The notes beneath the pieces were generated by a model, which worked only from the letters and a program-made list of their open reading frames with translations, was not told where the DNA came from and made no database searches. A program made the position numbers and the translations under genes. Positions 11,945 through 21,642 of a DNA stretch of 64,000 bases are shown one piece after another (position 1 is the first letter of the stretch; the number at the start of each line of letters is the position of its first letter). Origin of the DNA: Pseudomonadota bacterium (GTDB lineage: Bacteria; Pseudomonadota; Gammaproteobacteria; Burkholderiales; Thiobacillaceae); assembly GCA_043821985.1 (NCBI GenBank), contig JBDRCF010000012.1, forward strand, positions 40,471 through 104,470. The letters run 5' to 3'.

Positions 11945-12624
11945 GTCGGGGTCCGCTGCCACTGTCCGCTGTAGCGGCCCAGCATCAGCAGCACGAGGAA
12001 GGAAAACGCGACCAATCCGGCCGACAGCAGGTGCGCGTCGGCGTATTCGAGCGCCTCCACATGGTCGTAGATCGCCACCGACAGGACCCGTGTCTGGCCC
12101 GGAATATTGCCGCCCAGCATCAGTACCACGCCGAACTCGCCCACGGTATGGGCGAATGCGAGCACGGCGGCGGTGATGAAGCCGGGCCGGGCGAGTGGAA
12201 TGGCGATGCTGACGAAACGGTCCCATGGCGAGGCGCGCAAGGTGGCGGCCACTTCGAGTGGGCGCGTGCCGATGGCGGCAAACGCATTGGCGATCGGCTG
12301 TACCGCGAAGGGCAGCGAAAACGCCACCGAGCCGACCACCAGCCCGGCAAACGTGAACGGCAGGGTCGATAAACCGAGTTGCTGCATCCAGTGTCCGACG
12401 ACGCCGTGCGGCCCCAGCAATACCAGCAGATAAAAACCCAGCACGGTCGGCGGCAACACCAGCGGCAGCGCCACCAGCGCGGTGACGGCTGCGCGCAGGC
12501 ACGCGTGGGTGTGGGTCAGCCACCACGCCAGCGGCGTGGCGATCAGCATCAGCAGCGCGGTCGTGATCGCAGCCAGCTTCAGCGTCAGCAGGATGGCCGA
12601 CGTATCGGCCCCGGTCAGGGACAT
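11941..12624 (-). CDS. modB: Molybdate ABC transporter permease
   Basis: [35 protein letters not shown]. Confidence 0.97.
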   Translation of the reverse strand: MSLTGADTSAILLTLKLAAITTALLMLIATPLAWWLTHTHACLRAAVTALVALPLVLPPTVLGFYLLVLLGPHGVVGHWMQQLGLSTLPFTFAGLVVGSVAFSLPFAVQPIANAFAAIGTRPLEVAATLRASPWDRFVSIAIPLARPGFITAAVLAFAHTVGEFGVVLMLGGNIPGQTRVLSVAIYDHVEALEYADAHLLSAGLVAFSFLVLLMLGRYSGQWQRTPT

Positions 12625-12627
12625 GGA

Positions 12628-13380
12628 TTACAGATCATAGCCATAGCTGCGGATGATAGCCTGCGCGTCCGGCGTTCCCAGGAAATCAAGCAGCGCGCGC
12701 GCCGCCGCATTGCCGGCGCCGTGCTTCAGCAGGGCGGCATCCTGGCGGATCGGCGAATACAGCTGGCTGGGAACGAGCCACATCGAGCCCTGGGTCAGCT
12801 TGCCGTCCTGCATGATCTGGGACAGGGCGACGAAGCCGAGGTCGGCATTGCCGCTGGCGGCAAACTGATAGGTTTGGCCGATGTTCTCGCCCACCACGAG
12901 TTTGCCTGCGACCACATCGAAGAGTCCGAGTTTGCCCAGGGCTTCCTTTGCGGCGGCGCCATAAGGCGCCAGCTTCGGGTTGGCGACGGCAAGCCTGCCG
13001 AAACGGTTCTGCTTCAACACGGCATCGGTGCCATCGATCAGGTTGGCGTTGGCGCTCCACAGGGCGAGCTTGCCGATGGCGTAGTTGCGGGTGGCGACGG
13101 CATCGCCTTCGCGTTGCAGCCGGGCCGGCGTGTCGTCGTCGGCGGCCAGCAATACGTCGAACGGGGCGCCGTTCTTGATTTGTGCGTAGAACTTGCCGGT
13201 CGAACCGGACGACAGGGTGAGCGTGTGGCCGGTCGCTCGTTCGAACCGGGCGGCCAGCACCTTCATCGGCATGGCGAAATTGGCGGCAACGGCAATATGC
13301 GCCGTGTCTGCTGCGGCGGGCAGACTGGCGAATGCGGACAACACAAGGACGGATGCCAGTTTCTTGAATACGCGTGTCAT
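12628..13380 (-). CDS. modA: Molybdate ABC transporter substrate-binding protein
   Basis: Signal peptide, AVAANF, GSTGKFYAQIKNGAPFD, ANPKLAPYG; AGGAG RBS. Confidence 0.97.
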   Translation of the reverse strand: MTRVFKKLASVLVLSAFASLPAAADTAHIAVAANFAMPMKVLAARFERATGHTLTLSSGSTGKFYAQIKNGAPFDVLLAADDDTPARLQREGDAVATRNYAIGKLALWSANANLIDGTDAVLKQNRFGRLAVANPKLAPYGAAAKEALGKLGLFDVVAGKLVVGENIGQTYQFAASGNADLGFVALSQIMQDGKLTQGSMWLVPSQLYSPIRQDAALLKHGAGNAAARALLDFLGTPDAQAIIRSYGYDL

Positions 13381-13406
13381 GAAGGTCTCCTGAGTAAGAC
13401 GCATGT

Positions 13407-13434
13407 TTCGATATATCCAGTATGTCATATCGAA
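13407..13434. promoter_or_regulatory. ModE box
   Basis: TTCGATAT-N12-ATATCGAA dyad just upstream of modA, similar to the ModE CGTTATATA...TATATAACG consensus. Confidence 0.7.
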
Positions 13435-13469
13435 TGGGAAGAGAACAAGCGACGTGTTTCAGGGAAGGG

Positions 13470-13724
13470 TTACCGCAACGCGCGTAGTGCCTGTCGCGTG
13501 GCTTCGTCTGCTGTCGCGTCGCGGAGGCGCGATTCGAACGAGGTCGTGAACGCCTGCGATGCCTGACCTGCGGCGATCAGGGCAAGCCCTTGCCGCAATT
13601 CTTCGATCAGATGCCAGTCGGCGTCCGTGATGCCCGAGGCGTCGTGGCCGTTCGCGGTTCGTGCCCAGCCGTCCAGGTCGCCATCGAAGCGTCGATAGAT
13701 ATTGAGCTTGTCGAGTGTCAGCAT
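13470..13724 (-). CDS. Hypothetical protein (84 aa)
   Basis: Compact ORF filling the modE-modA gap, co-oriented with both. Confidence 0.7.
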   Translation of the reverse strand: MLTLDKLNIYRRFDGDLDGWARTANGHDASGITDADWHLIEELRQGLALIAAGQASQAFTTSFESRLRDATADEATRQALRALR

Positions 13725-13739
13725 GGGCGCGCTGCAGGC

Positions 13740-14087
13740 TTAGCCGTCCGTCCGCAGATGCCGGGCGAGTTTGGCCATGTCCGCCTCGGTGGCCTTGCGG
13801 GCGCGGGTTTCCAGATGGCGGTACAGGGCGATCACTCCATCGGCCAGCGGCGTGAGCTGCGCCCCGCCTCCGTGCGCGCCGCCCTTGCTGGCTTCGACGA
13901 GCGGATGAACGAAGCAGCGGTTCATGGTGTCGACCAGATGCCAGGCGCGTTTGTAGCTCATCCCCATGGCACGGCCGGCCGCGGCGATGGAACCGGTTTC
14001 GCGGATGGCTTCGAGCAGCTGGACTTTGCCGGGTCCGAGCGCGATGTCGTCGCCGAGGATGAGGCGGAAGGTGAGGCGGGGCGTCAT
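13740..14087 (-). CDS. modE: ModE family regulator (HTH domain only)
   Basis: LGPGKVQLLEAIRETGSIAAAGRAMGMSYKRAW, GGAHGGGAQLT; no TOBE domains. Confidence 0.9.
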   Translation of the reverse strand: MTPRLTFRLILGDDIALGPGKVQLLEAIRETGSIAAAGRAMGMSYKRAWHLVDTMNRCFVHPLVEASKGGAHGGGAQLTPLADGVIALYRHLETRARKATEADMAKLARHLRTDG

Positions 14088-15019
14088 GGTGCGATGATAG
14101 CCGGGCGGATGCCCGGCAGGCGGGCAAAGCTGTCGCGTTTCACGGTTTCGATGAAGTCGGCGACGTAGGCGCGCGCCGCATCGGACTCGCGCACCGCGAC
14201 ATGCAGTTCGGCCCACAGACCGTGTTTGCCGATGCGACGTGCGGCGATGTAGCCGCGTTCGAGATAGGGCGCAACCGCCCATGCCGGCAGCGCGGCGAGT
14301 CCGCGACGGCTGGCGACGAGTTGCAGGATGGCCACCGTCAATTGCGCTTCGCGCCGCACCGGTTTGATTCCGGCCGGTGCGAGCACGCGGCGAATCAGGT
14401 CGAGGCGGTCTTCCGGCACCGGATAAGTGATGAGGGTGTGGCCGGCAAAGTCGGCCGGCAGCAGCCATTTCTTCGTGGCGAGCGGATGATCCGGCGGCAG
14501 CAGCGCCAGCATCTCGAAGCCGAACAGCGGCGCATACGCGACGCCCGCGCGCGGGACGGTTTCCGACGTGATGACGAGATCGGCGCGCCCGTCCAGCAGC
14601 AGGCCCACCGGGTCAGCCTGGAAACCGCCCAGCAGGTCGAGTTCCACCCCGGGCCAGACGTCGCGGTAGCTATCCATGGCGGGCATCAGCCAGTCGTAGC
14701 AGGTGTGGCATTCCACGGCGATGCGCAATTCGCCGGCGTCGCCGTCTTTCAGCTTGGCCAGGTCGCGCAGCGCCGCCTCCACCTGCGGCAGTGCGGCATG
14801 CGCCAGCGTCAACAGCCGGCGCCCGGCGGCGGTGAGGCCAAGCGGACGCGTGGCGCGTTCAATCAGCGGCAGCCCCAGCGCGTCTTCCAGCGCCTTCAGC
14901 TGATGCGACACCGCCGACTGCGTTAGGTGCAGGCGTTCGGCCGCGGCAGTCAGCCCGCCTGCTTCCGTCACGGCCTGCAGCAGCCGCAGGTGGCGTAGCT
15001 CGATATGAGTAACGTTCAT
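14084..15019 (-). CDS. metR: LysR-type regulator MetR
   Basis: LRIAVECHTCYDWLMPAMD motif; divergent from metE. Confidence 0.93.
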   Translation of the reverse strand: MNVTHIELRHLRLLQAVTEAGGLTAAAERLHLTQSAVSHQLKALEDALGLPLIERATRPLGLTAAGRRLLTLAHAALPQVEAALRDLAKLKDGDAGELRIAVECHTCYDWLMPAMDSYRDVWPGVELDLLGGFQADPVGLLLDGRADLVITSETVPRAGVAYAPLFGFEMLALLPPDHPLATKKWLLPADFAGHTLITYPVPEDRLDLIRRVLAPAGIKPVRREAQLTVAILQLVASRRGLAALPAWAVAPYLERGYIAARRIGKHGLWAELHVAVRESDAARAYVADFIETVKRDSFARLPGIRPAIIAP

Positions 15020-15099
15020 ATAAATAATGAAAAATATTCGTTTGTTTCATGGTATTCGCGTCGGCATCATGGCGTCCATCATTTCTTGGGAGCATGCAC

Positions 15100-17379
15100 A
15101 TGGCACGGGCACACGTATTGGGCGTTCCGCGGATCGGTCCGAATCGCGAACTGAAATTTGCGCAGGAAGCCTGCTGGCGCGGCGAAATCGACGAAGCCGC
15201 GTTGAAGGCCGTGGCCAGCGGCATCCGCCAGGCCAACTGGCGGCGGCAGCATGCGGCCGGGCTGGATTTCGTGACGGTGGGCGACTTTGCGTTCTACGAT
15301 CAGATGCTGAACCAGGTCGCGCTGCTCGGATGCGCGCCGGAACGCTTCGGCTTCGACGGGCGGATCGCGCTATCGGAATATTTCCAGCTGGCGCGCGGCA
15401 ATGCCGCGTGCCATGCGATGGAGATGACCAAATGGTTCGATACCAACTATCACTATCTGGTCCCCGAGTTCAAACCGGACACGCATTTCGCGCTCGATCC
15501 CGGATGGCTGTTCGACGAGGTGACCGAGGCGCAGACGGCCGGGTTCGCCGCCAAGCCGGTGCTGATCGGCCCGTTGACCTTCCTGTGGCTGGGCAAGGAA
15601 AAGGCGGCGGGCTTCAATCGCCTCGACCTGCTCGACCGGCTGCTGCCGGTCTATGCGCAGATTCTGGCGCGCCTGAAGGCGCAAGGGGTCGAATGGGTGC
15701 AGATCGACGAGCCTGCCCTCGCGCTCGACCTGCCTGCCGAGTGGCGATCGGCTTTCGAACGCGCCTATCACGCCCTCAACGGCGCGGGCGTCAAGCTCCT
15801 GCTCGCCAGCTATTTCGGGCCGTTGCGCGAGAACCTGCTGGTGGCGCTGAAGTTGCCGGTGGCCGGCGTGCATGTGGATTGCATGCGCGGCGGCGGCGAA
15901 CTTGCCCAGGTGATCGACTGGCTGCCTGCCACCAAGGTGCTGTCGGTCGGCGTGATCGATGGCCGTAATATCTGGAAGACCGACCTGAACGCCGTGTTCG
16001 ATCGTTTCGAGGGCCTGCATGCGCGCCTGGCCGACCGGCTGTGGCTGGCGCCTTCGTGTTCGCTGTTGCATGTGCCGGCGAGCCTGGCGGGCGAAACCGC
16101 AATGGATGCGGAGCTGGGTAACTGGCTGGCGTTCGCCGACGACAAGATCGCGGCCTTGTCCACGCTCAAAACCGCGTTCAACCAGGGACGTCAGGCGGCG
16201 GTTGCGGAACTGTCCGACAATGCCCAGGCGCTGGCCTCCCGCCGGGCGTCATCGCGCGTGTACGACGCGGCGGTCGCTGCACGGCTGGCCGCCCTGACTT
16301 CCGTTCACGACGTGCGCAACAGTCCGTTCGCCGTTCGCCAGCCCGTGCAGCGTGCGCGTTTCAAGCTGCCGGATTTTCCTACTACGACCATCGGCTCGTT
16401 CCCCCAGACGCCGGAGATCCGCCATGCGCGCGCCCGCTTCAAGGCGGGCGCGCTCGGCGAGGCCGGTTACACCGCTGCCATGCAGGACGAGATCGGACAT
16501 GCCATCGAGAAACAGGAAGCGCTGGGGCTCGACGTCCTGGTGCACGGCGAAGCCGAACGCAACGACATGGTCGAATATTTCGGCGAGCAGCTGGCCGGCT
16601 TTGCGTTCTCGCAGAACGGCTGGGTGCAGTCCTACGGCAGCCGCTGCGTCAAGCCGCCGATCATTTATGGCGACGTGTCGCGTCCACGGCCGATGACGGT
16701 GGCCTGGGCGCGCCATGCGCAGTCGCTGACCGCGAAGCCGGTGAAGGGCATGCTGACCGGCCCGGTGACGATGCTGCAATGGTCGTTCGTGCGCGACGAC
16801 CAGCCGCGCGCAACCACCGCCCTGCAGATCGCGCTGGCGATCCGCGACGAAGTGGCCGACCTCGAAACGGCCGGCATCGGCATCATCCAGATCGACGAAC
16901 CGGCCTACCGCGAAGGCCTGCCATTGAGGAAAGCGGATTGGGCCGCCTATCTCGAGTGGGCGAGCCGGGCATTCCGCATCAGCGCGTCGGAGGTGAGCGA
17001 TGCGACGCAAATCCACACCCACATGTGCTACTCGGAATTCAACGACATCCTGCCTGCGATTGCGGCCATGGATGCCGACGTCATCACCATCGAGACCAGC
17101 CGCTCGGACATGGAGCTGCTGCGCGGTTTCGGCGAGTTCAGCTACCCGAACGAAATCGGCCCCGGTGTGTATGACATCCACAGCCCGCGCATTCCCGATG
17201 TGGCAGACATGACGCGCCTGCTGGAAAAAGCGGCCCAGGTGATCGCGCCCGACAAGCTCTGGGTCAATCCCGACTGCGGACTGAAAACGCGCGGCTGGGC
17301 GGAAACCGAAACGGCGCTCGCCAACATGGTGGCGGCGGCCCTCATCATGCGGGAGTCGGTGCAGTCCGCAATCCAATAG
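15100..17379 (+). CDS. metE: Cobalamin-independent methionine synthase
   Basis: [42 protein letters not shown]. Confidence 0.99.
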   Translation: MARAHVLGVPRIGPNRELKFAQEACWRGEIDEAALKAVASGIRQANWRRQHAAGLDFVTVGDFAFYDQMLNQVALLGCAPERFGFDGRIALSEYFQLARGNAACHAMEMTKWFDTNYHYLVPEFKPDTHFALDPGWLFDEVTEAQTAGFAAKPVLIGPLTFLWLGKEKAAGFNRLDLLDRLLPVYAQILARLKAQGVEWVQIDEPALALDLPAEWRSAFERAYHALNGAGVKLLLASYFGPLRENLLVALKLPVAGVHVDCMRGGGELAQVIDWLPATKVLSVGVIDGRNIWKTDLNAVFDRFEGLHARLADRLWLAPSCSLLHVPASLAGETAMDAELGNWLAFADDKIAALSTLKTAFNQGRQAAVAELSDNAQALASRRASSRVYDAAVAARLAALTSVHDVRNSPFAVRQPVQRARFKLPDFPTTTIGSFPQTPEIRHARARFKAGALGEAGYTAAMQDEIGHAIEKQEALGLDVLVHGEAERNDMVEYFGEQLAGFAFSQNGWVQSYGSRCVKPPIIYGDVSRPRPMTVAWARHAQSLTAKPVKGMLTGPVTMLQWSFVRDDQPRATTALQIALAIRDEVADLETAGIGIIQIDEPAYREGLPLRKADWAAYLEWASRAFRISASEVSDATQIHTHMCYSEFNDILPAIAAMDADVITIETSRSDMELLRGFGEFSYPNEIGPGVYDIHSPRIPDVADMTRLLEKAAQVIAPDKLWVNPDCGLKTRGWAETETALANMVAAALIMRESVQSAIQ

Positions 17380-17402
17380 CCGGTGCAGTGGTTTGTCTGC
17401 GC

Positions 17403-17437
17403 AAAAAAACGCCCTGCCGGCTTGCACCGGCAGGGCG
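17403..17437 (-). terminator. Intrinsic terminator between convergent metE and phoX-like genes
   Basis: CGCCCTGCCGG-cttgca-CCGGCAGGGCG stem with A7 at 17403-17409 (U-tract on the minus strand). Confidence 0.8.
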
Positions 17438-17493
17438 CCTGATGCCGTCACGCTGCTGACGGCGAGTCGAAGACCGGCTCAGCGCCGGCTCAT

Positions 17494-18882
17494 TCAATCC
17501 CGGTCGTGATCGCGGTCGCGGCCATGATGGTCGTCGTCGTGGTCATGCTTCGCCTGCGGGCACGGCGCGGTGATCATGATGGTGCGGTCGACCTTGCTGC
17601 TGGGATGCTGCGCGTTGACGTAGGCGACGTTCGGCTTGAAGGGGTCGAAGTAGAGGCCGGTGCTCTCCGCGCCCACGGTCGACAGGCTGGCCCACTTGCC
17701 GATGGCTTCGGCGACACCATCGTCGTTCTCGTCCTTGGCAAACCAGATGTCCTCGATGCCGCCCGGCTGGTCTTCGACGATGTAGATGTTGCCGTCGGCG
17801 TCGATCGCCAGGTTGTCGGGGTTGGTGAAGGCGCTGCCGGCCGGCTGCCTGGTGGCCATGTCCAGCGTGTCGCGGCTGGCGAACAGCTTGACCGTGTTGC
17901 TGCGCAGGTCGATCGAGAACACCTTGTGGTTGGTGGTGGTCGCGACGAACAGCATTTGCTTGTGGTTCTTCAGCGTCTTGATCTCCAGATCTTCCGGGCG
18001 GTCGAACGCGGTGCCCAGGAAGGCCGGCAGCTTCGGCGTGGCGCGGCCGTCGATCGCGGTCAGGCCGTTGGGGTCGGTGACGATCACGGCACCTGGCAGG
18101 GCGACGCCGTTGTTGTCGGTCAGCGGAATCCAGGTGGCGGCACCGGTGGCTTCCTTGACCGTGCCATCGCCCACGCGCAGCACGAAGGTCTGGCCGGCGG
18201 CAAAGAAGTCGTCGCCGTTGTCGGCCTGCGGGTTAGCCGAGGTGAACTTGAAGATGTGGCTGCCGTTGCGCTCGTCGATGAAGTACAGGTTGTTCTTCTG
18301 GTCGAACGCCAGGCCTTCGTGGGAGACGCGCGGCAGGATGTCGCGGTGCTTGATCACGATGTCGGCGGGGGCGGCCAGCGGATTGACCACTTCGAACAGG
18401 CGGCCGTACTTGCTGGTCGGGCCGGCCGGATCGCTCCACGATTCTTCGGCGGTCAGGAAGGTGCCCCACGGGGTCCAGCGGGAGGCGTCAAAGGACACGT
18501 GGCTGTCCAGTGCGGGCGAGGCAGCCGGGCTGTGCCAGATGGTCTCGGTCTGCATGGTGCGCAGATCGGTGCGCTGGATGCCGGCCTGGCCGGTTTCGAA
18601 CACGGTGAACAGGAAACGGCCGGCTTCGGGGCCATTCTCGTTCACGGTGTGCATGTCGTAGTTGCCGCTGTCGAAGCGTTGGGCCTGGGCAGGGTCGCGG
18701 GCCACGATGGTCATCTGGCTGAAATGCGGCGAGGACAGCTTGTAGGGGGCCGACTCGGGCAGCGTGCCGGCGCCGACGTCGCCGGCCATGGGCGTGAAGT
18801 GGTCGAAGGATGCGCTGCCAGCGAAGGCTGATGAACCGGCCAGAACCAGGCCGATTGCGAGCGAGAGTTTCTTGAGTGTCAT
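17494..18882 (-). CDS. phoX: PhoX-family (DUF839) alkaline phosphatase-like secreted protein
   Basis: TPWGTFLTAEE, SHEG, FDRPEDLE, NPDNL, IVED, AESTG, VNAQHP; Sec-type signal peptide; His/Asp-rich tail. Confidence 0.85.
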   Translation of the reverse strand: MTLKKLSLAIGLVLAGSSAFAGSASFDHFTPMAGDVGAGTLPESAPYKLSSPHFSQMTIVARDPAQAQRFDSGNYDMHTVNENGPEAGRFLFTVFETGQAGIQRTDLRTMQTETIWHSPAASPALDSHVSFDASRWTPWGTFLTAEESWSDPAGPTSKYGRLFEVVNPLAAPADIVIKHRDILPRVSHEGLAFDQKNNLYFIDERNGSHIFKFTSANPQADNGDDFFAAGQTFVLRVGDGTVKEATGAATWIPLTDNNGVALPGAVIVTDPNGLTAIDGRATPKLPAFLGTAFDRPEDLEIKTLKNHKQMLFVATTTNHKVFSIDLRSNTVKLFASRDTLDMATRQPAGSAFTNPDNLAIDADGNIYIVEDQPGGIEDIWFAKDENDDGVAEAIGKWASLSTVGAESTGLYFDPFKPNVAYVNAQHPSSKVDRTIMITAPCPQAKHDHDDDHHGRDRDHDRD

Positions 18883-19135
18883 ATGGAGTTCCCTTGATCG
18901 TGAATGGAGTTTGTACTGATGACTGGTACGGATCGACTACGGAAGCAGGCTGATGAGGGCACCGCATGCCGGACGTCGATCGAATCAGTACGCGAGGCAT
19001 CCTAACGAGGCGATATGTCATGCGTATTGCATCCTCACCATGCTGCAGAAAAATGCTGATTCCCCGTCGGGCGCAGGGTGGAACTCGCTTATGCGCCAAC
19101 TGTCGTTTGGTGGACTCGTTTAGAATCCCCTCACT

Positions 19136-20533
19136 TTGAACACCATCCTGTCTCGCGTCCTGTTATGCGTGCCGCTAGCGCTGTGCCTGGCATGGACACG
19201 TGCGGCAGCGTTCGACCTGCCCGAGCGTCCCGGCACCTTCTGGTCGCAGCCGGATGGCTTGCCCGTTCCGGCTGCGACGCCGACGGGCGTCGTGCGCTTT
19301 GCCAGCCTGGCCGCCCTGACCGACCATGCGCTGCGCGAACGGGCGGAGACGCGTGCGGCCTGGCTCGGCATCCAGGCCGAGGCGGCGCGGCTGGATGCCG
19401 CCAGCGCAGCCAACTGGCCGACGCTCACGGGGCAATTGAATTTCACCCAAAGCCGGGCGCTGTCCAGTTCAGGCGCGACCGTCCCCACGCTCAATCGCTA
19501 TGGCCCCAGCCTCAGCCTGGCCTATGTGCTGGTCGATTTCGGCGCGCGCGCCGCCAGCATCGATGCCCAGCGCTATCAACTCATTGCCAGTCTGCTGACC
19601 GGCAACCGCACCCTGCAGGATACCGTCGCCGAAGTGGAGGCTGCTTATTTCGCCTTGCTGGCCGCGCGTGCGCAGGTCACCGCCCAGATCCAGCAGGAAA
19701 CCGCCCTGCGCGCCAGTCTCGACGCGGTCGACGCCAGGCTGCGGGGCGGGCTGGCGTCGCGTGCCGACCAGTTGCGTGCACGGGCTGCACTGGTCGAAGC
19801 CGAGCTGGCACGCCAGGCGGCGGAGCGTGATCGGGCCAAGGCGGAAGCCGCGTTGAAACAGGCTGCGGGCATCGCCCAGACGCAAACACTGGAACTGGAT
19901 TGGCAGGCCGTGCCGCCGGATCCCCTGGCGGCCACGACCCTGCTGGCCGATCTGCTGCAGGAGGCCCAGCGCAATCGCCCCGACCTGCAAGCCCTGCAGG
20001 CTGCCGCGACCAGCGCGCGCTTCGAGGCCGAGCGTGCACGCGCGGCTCGCTGGCCGAGCCTGTCGCTGGCAGCCAACACCGGGCGCACGCTGTTTCTTGA
20101 CAGCGATCGCTCGCCGTCGACGACCTACAGCGTCGGCGTGAATGTGACGATGCCGCTGTTCGACGGCGGGCGGCTGGCCGCGCAGGCACGCGCCGCCGCG
20201 CGCGATGCCGAGCGCCTGCAGGCCGATGCCGAGGCGCAGCGCAGCCAGGTTGCGCTGGCGGTGGCCGATGCCTATTACGATGTCCGCCAGGCTCAAGCCC
20301 AGCGCGAAGGCGTGGGGGCGCAGTTCGACAGTGCCAGCGAATCGGCCCAGGCGGCCGAAGCGCGCTACAAGACCGGCGTCGGCAGCCTGCTCGAATGGCT
20401 GACTGCCCAGGCCGACCTGGCGCGCGCGCGCCAGGCACAGGCACAGGCCGATAGCGATTGGCTGGCGGCATTTTCCCGTTTGAATCATGCCCTGGGCCGC
20501 CTGCCCGCCACTTCTCCTGCGAGCCCGCCATGA
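19136..20533 (+). CDS. TolC family outer membrane efflux protein
   Basis: Signal peptide, ARWPSLSL, PLFDGG, ARYKTGVGSLLE; first gene of the RND operon. Confidence 0.92.
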   Translation: MNTILSRVLLCVPLALCLAWTRAAAFDLPERPGTFWSQPDGLPVPAATPTGVVRFASLAALTDHALRERAETRAAWLGIQAEAARLDAASAANWPTLTGQLNFTQSRALSSSGATVPTLNRYGPSLSLAYVLVDFGARAASIDAQRYQLIASLLTGNRTLQDTVAEVEAAYFALLAARAQVTAQIQQETALRASLDAVDARLRGGLASRADQLRARAALVEAELARQAAERDRAKAEAALKQAAGIAQTQTLELDWQAVPPDPLAATTLLADLLQEAQRNRPDLQALQAAATSARFEAERARAARWPSLSLAANTGRTLFLDSDRSPSTTYSVGVNVTMPLFDGGRLAAQARAAARDAERLQADAEAQRSQVALAVADAYYDVRQAQAQREGVGAQFDSASESAQAAEARYKTGVGSLLEWLTAQADLARARQAQAQADSDWLAAFSRLNHALGRLPATSPASPP

Positions 20534-21642
20534 AAATGCGCATCCTGTTGGTCGTCGTCGTACTCGGATTGATGGCCGGGGTGGCCTATCGCATCCAGCA
20601 TTCCGCATCCGGCGACAAGAAGGGCGGCGGCGATCGTGCGCTCAGCGTCAGGACGGTCCCGGTGGCGGTGCGCGACTTTCCGCGGGTGATTGACCTGCCC
20701 GGCACGCTGGAAGCCGCCCAGCAGGTCGCCATCGTCGCCCAGACCGGCGGCGCGGTGCTGCGCCAGCATGTGCAGGAAGGCGACGCCGTGCGAGCGGGGC
20801 AGGTCCTTTTCAGCCTGGATAGCCGCCCCGCGCAGGCACGCATCGCGCAAAGCCAGGCGACGCTGGCCGGCGCCCGCGCCGAAACGGTCGATGCCATCCA
20901 GAAACTCGACCGCCTCAGTCCACTGATGAAATCGGGCTATATCAGCCGCCAGGAATTCGCCGACGCGCAACTGGCACTGGAATCCGCGCGTGCGCGCGCA
21001 GGCACCGCGCGCGCCGAACTGGAGGCGGCGCAACTGGACATGGCATACGGACAGATTCGCGCGCCGATCGACGGGCGCGTCGGGCGTATTGCCGTACGTC
21101 CCGGCACGCTGGTGCAGGCGGGCGGGACGCCCCTCACGACGATACTGGCGCCCGGCACGCTCGACGTGCGGGCCAGCGTGTCGCAGCAGGACTGGCCCGA
21201 ACTTGCGGCTGCACGTGCGCATGGCAAGGTGACGGCCGAGGTGTTCCGGGATACGGATCGCACTGTCCGGGCGCAGGGCGAGCTCGTGTTCGTCGATTCG
21301 CAGATCGATGCCGCCACGGGCGCGGTCCCGATCAAGGTGCGGCTGGCCGGGGCGCCGACCGCGCTGCTGTCGGGACAAGGCGTGCGGGTGCGCCTGCTGC
21401 TGGGCGTTGAGCCGAACGCCAAGGTGGTGCCGGAGGCCGCGCTGCAGCACGCGCAGGTCGGCTCGTATGTGTATGTGGTGCGCGGCGGCAAGGCCGTCGT
21501 GCAGACGGTGAACGTGACGCGCAGTCTCGACGGCGAAGAGGTGGTCGAAGGCGAATTGCGCGCCGGCGAGCCGGTGTTGATCGAGATTCCGCAACGCCTC
21601 AAGGCGGGCAGCACGGTCAAGCTCGAAGGCACGCATCGATGA
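20530..21642 (+). CDS. RND efflux periplasmic adaptor (MFP)
   Basis: VQEGDAVRAGQVLF, IRAPIDGRVG, ATGA overlap with the TolC gene. Confidence 0.93.
   Translation: MKMRILLVVVVLGLMAGVAYRIQHSASGDKKGGGDRALSVRTVPVAVRDFPRVIDLPGTLEAAQQVAIVAQTGGAVLRQHVQEGDAVRAGQVLFSLDSRPAQARIAQSQATLAGARAETVDAIQKLDRLSPLMKSGYISRQEFADAQLALESARARAGTARAELEAAQLDMAYGQIRAPIDGRVGRIAVRPGTLVQAGGTPLTTILAPGTLDVRASVSQQDWPELAAARAHGKVTAEVFRDTDRTVRAQGELVFVDSQIDAATGAVPIKVRLAGAPTALLSGQGVRVRLLLGVEPNAKVVPEAALQHAQVGSYVYVVRGGKAVVQTVNVTRSLDGEEVVEGELRAGEPVLIEIPQRLKAGSTVKLEGTHR

Noticed and set aside
19010-19040. Pho box upstream of the phoX-like gene (TGTCAT-N5-TTGCAT)
   Set aside because: Only one good half-site, and it is oriented away from phoX.
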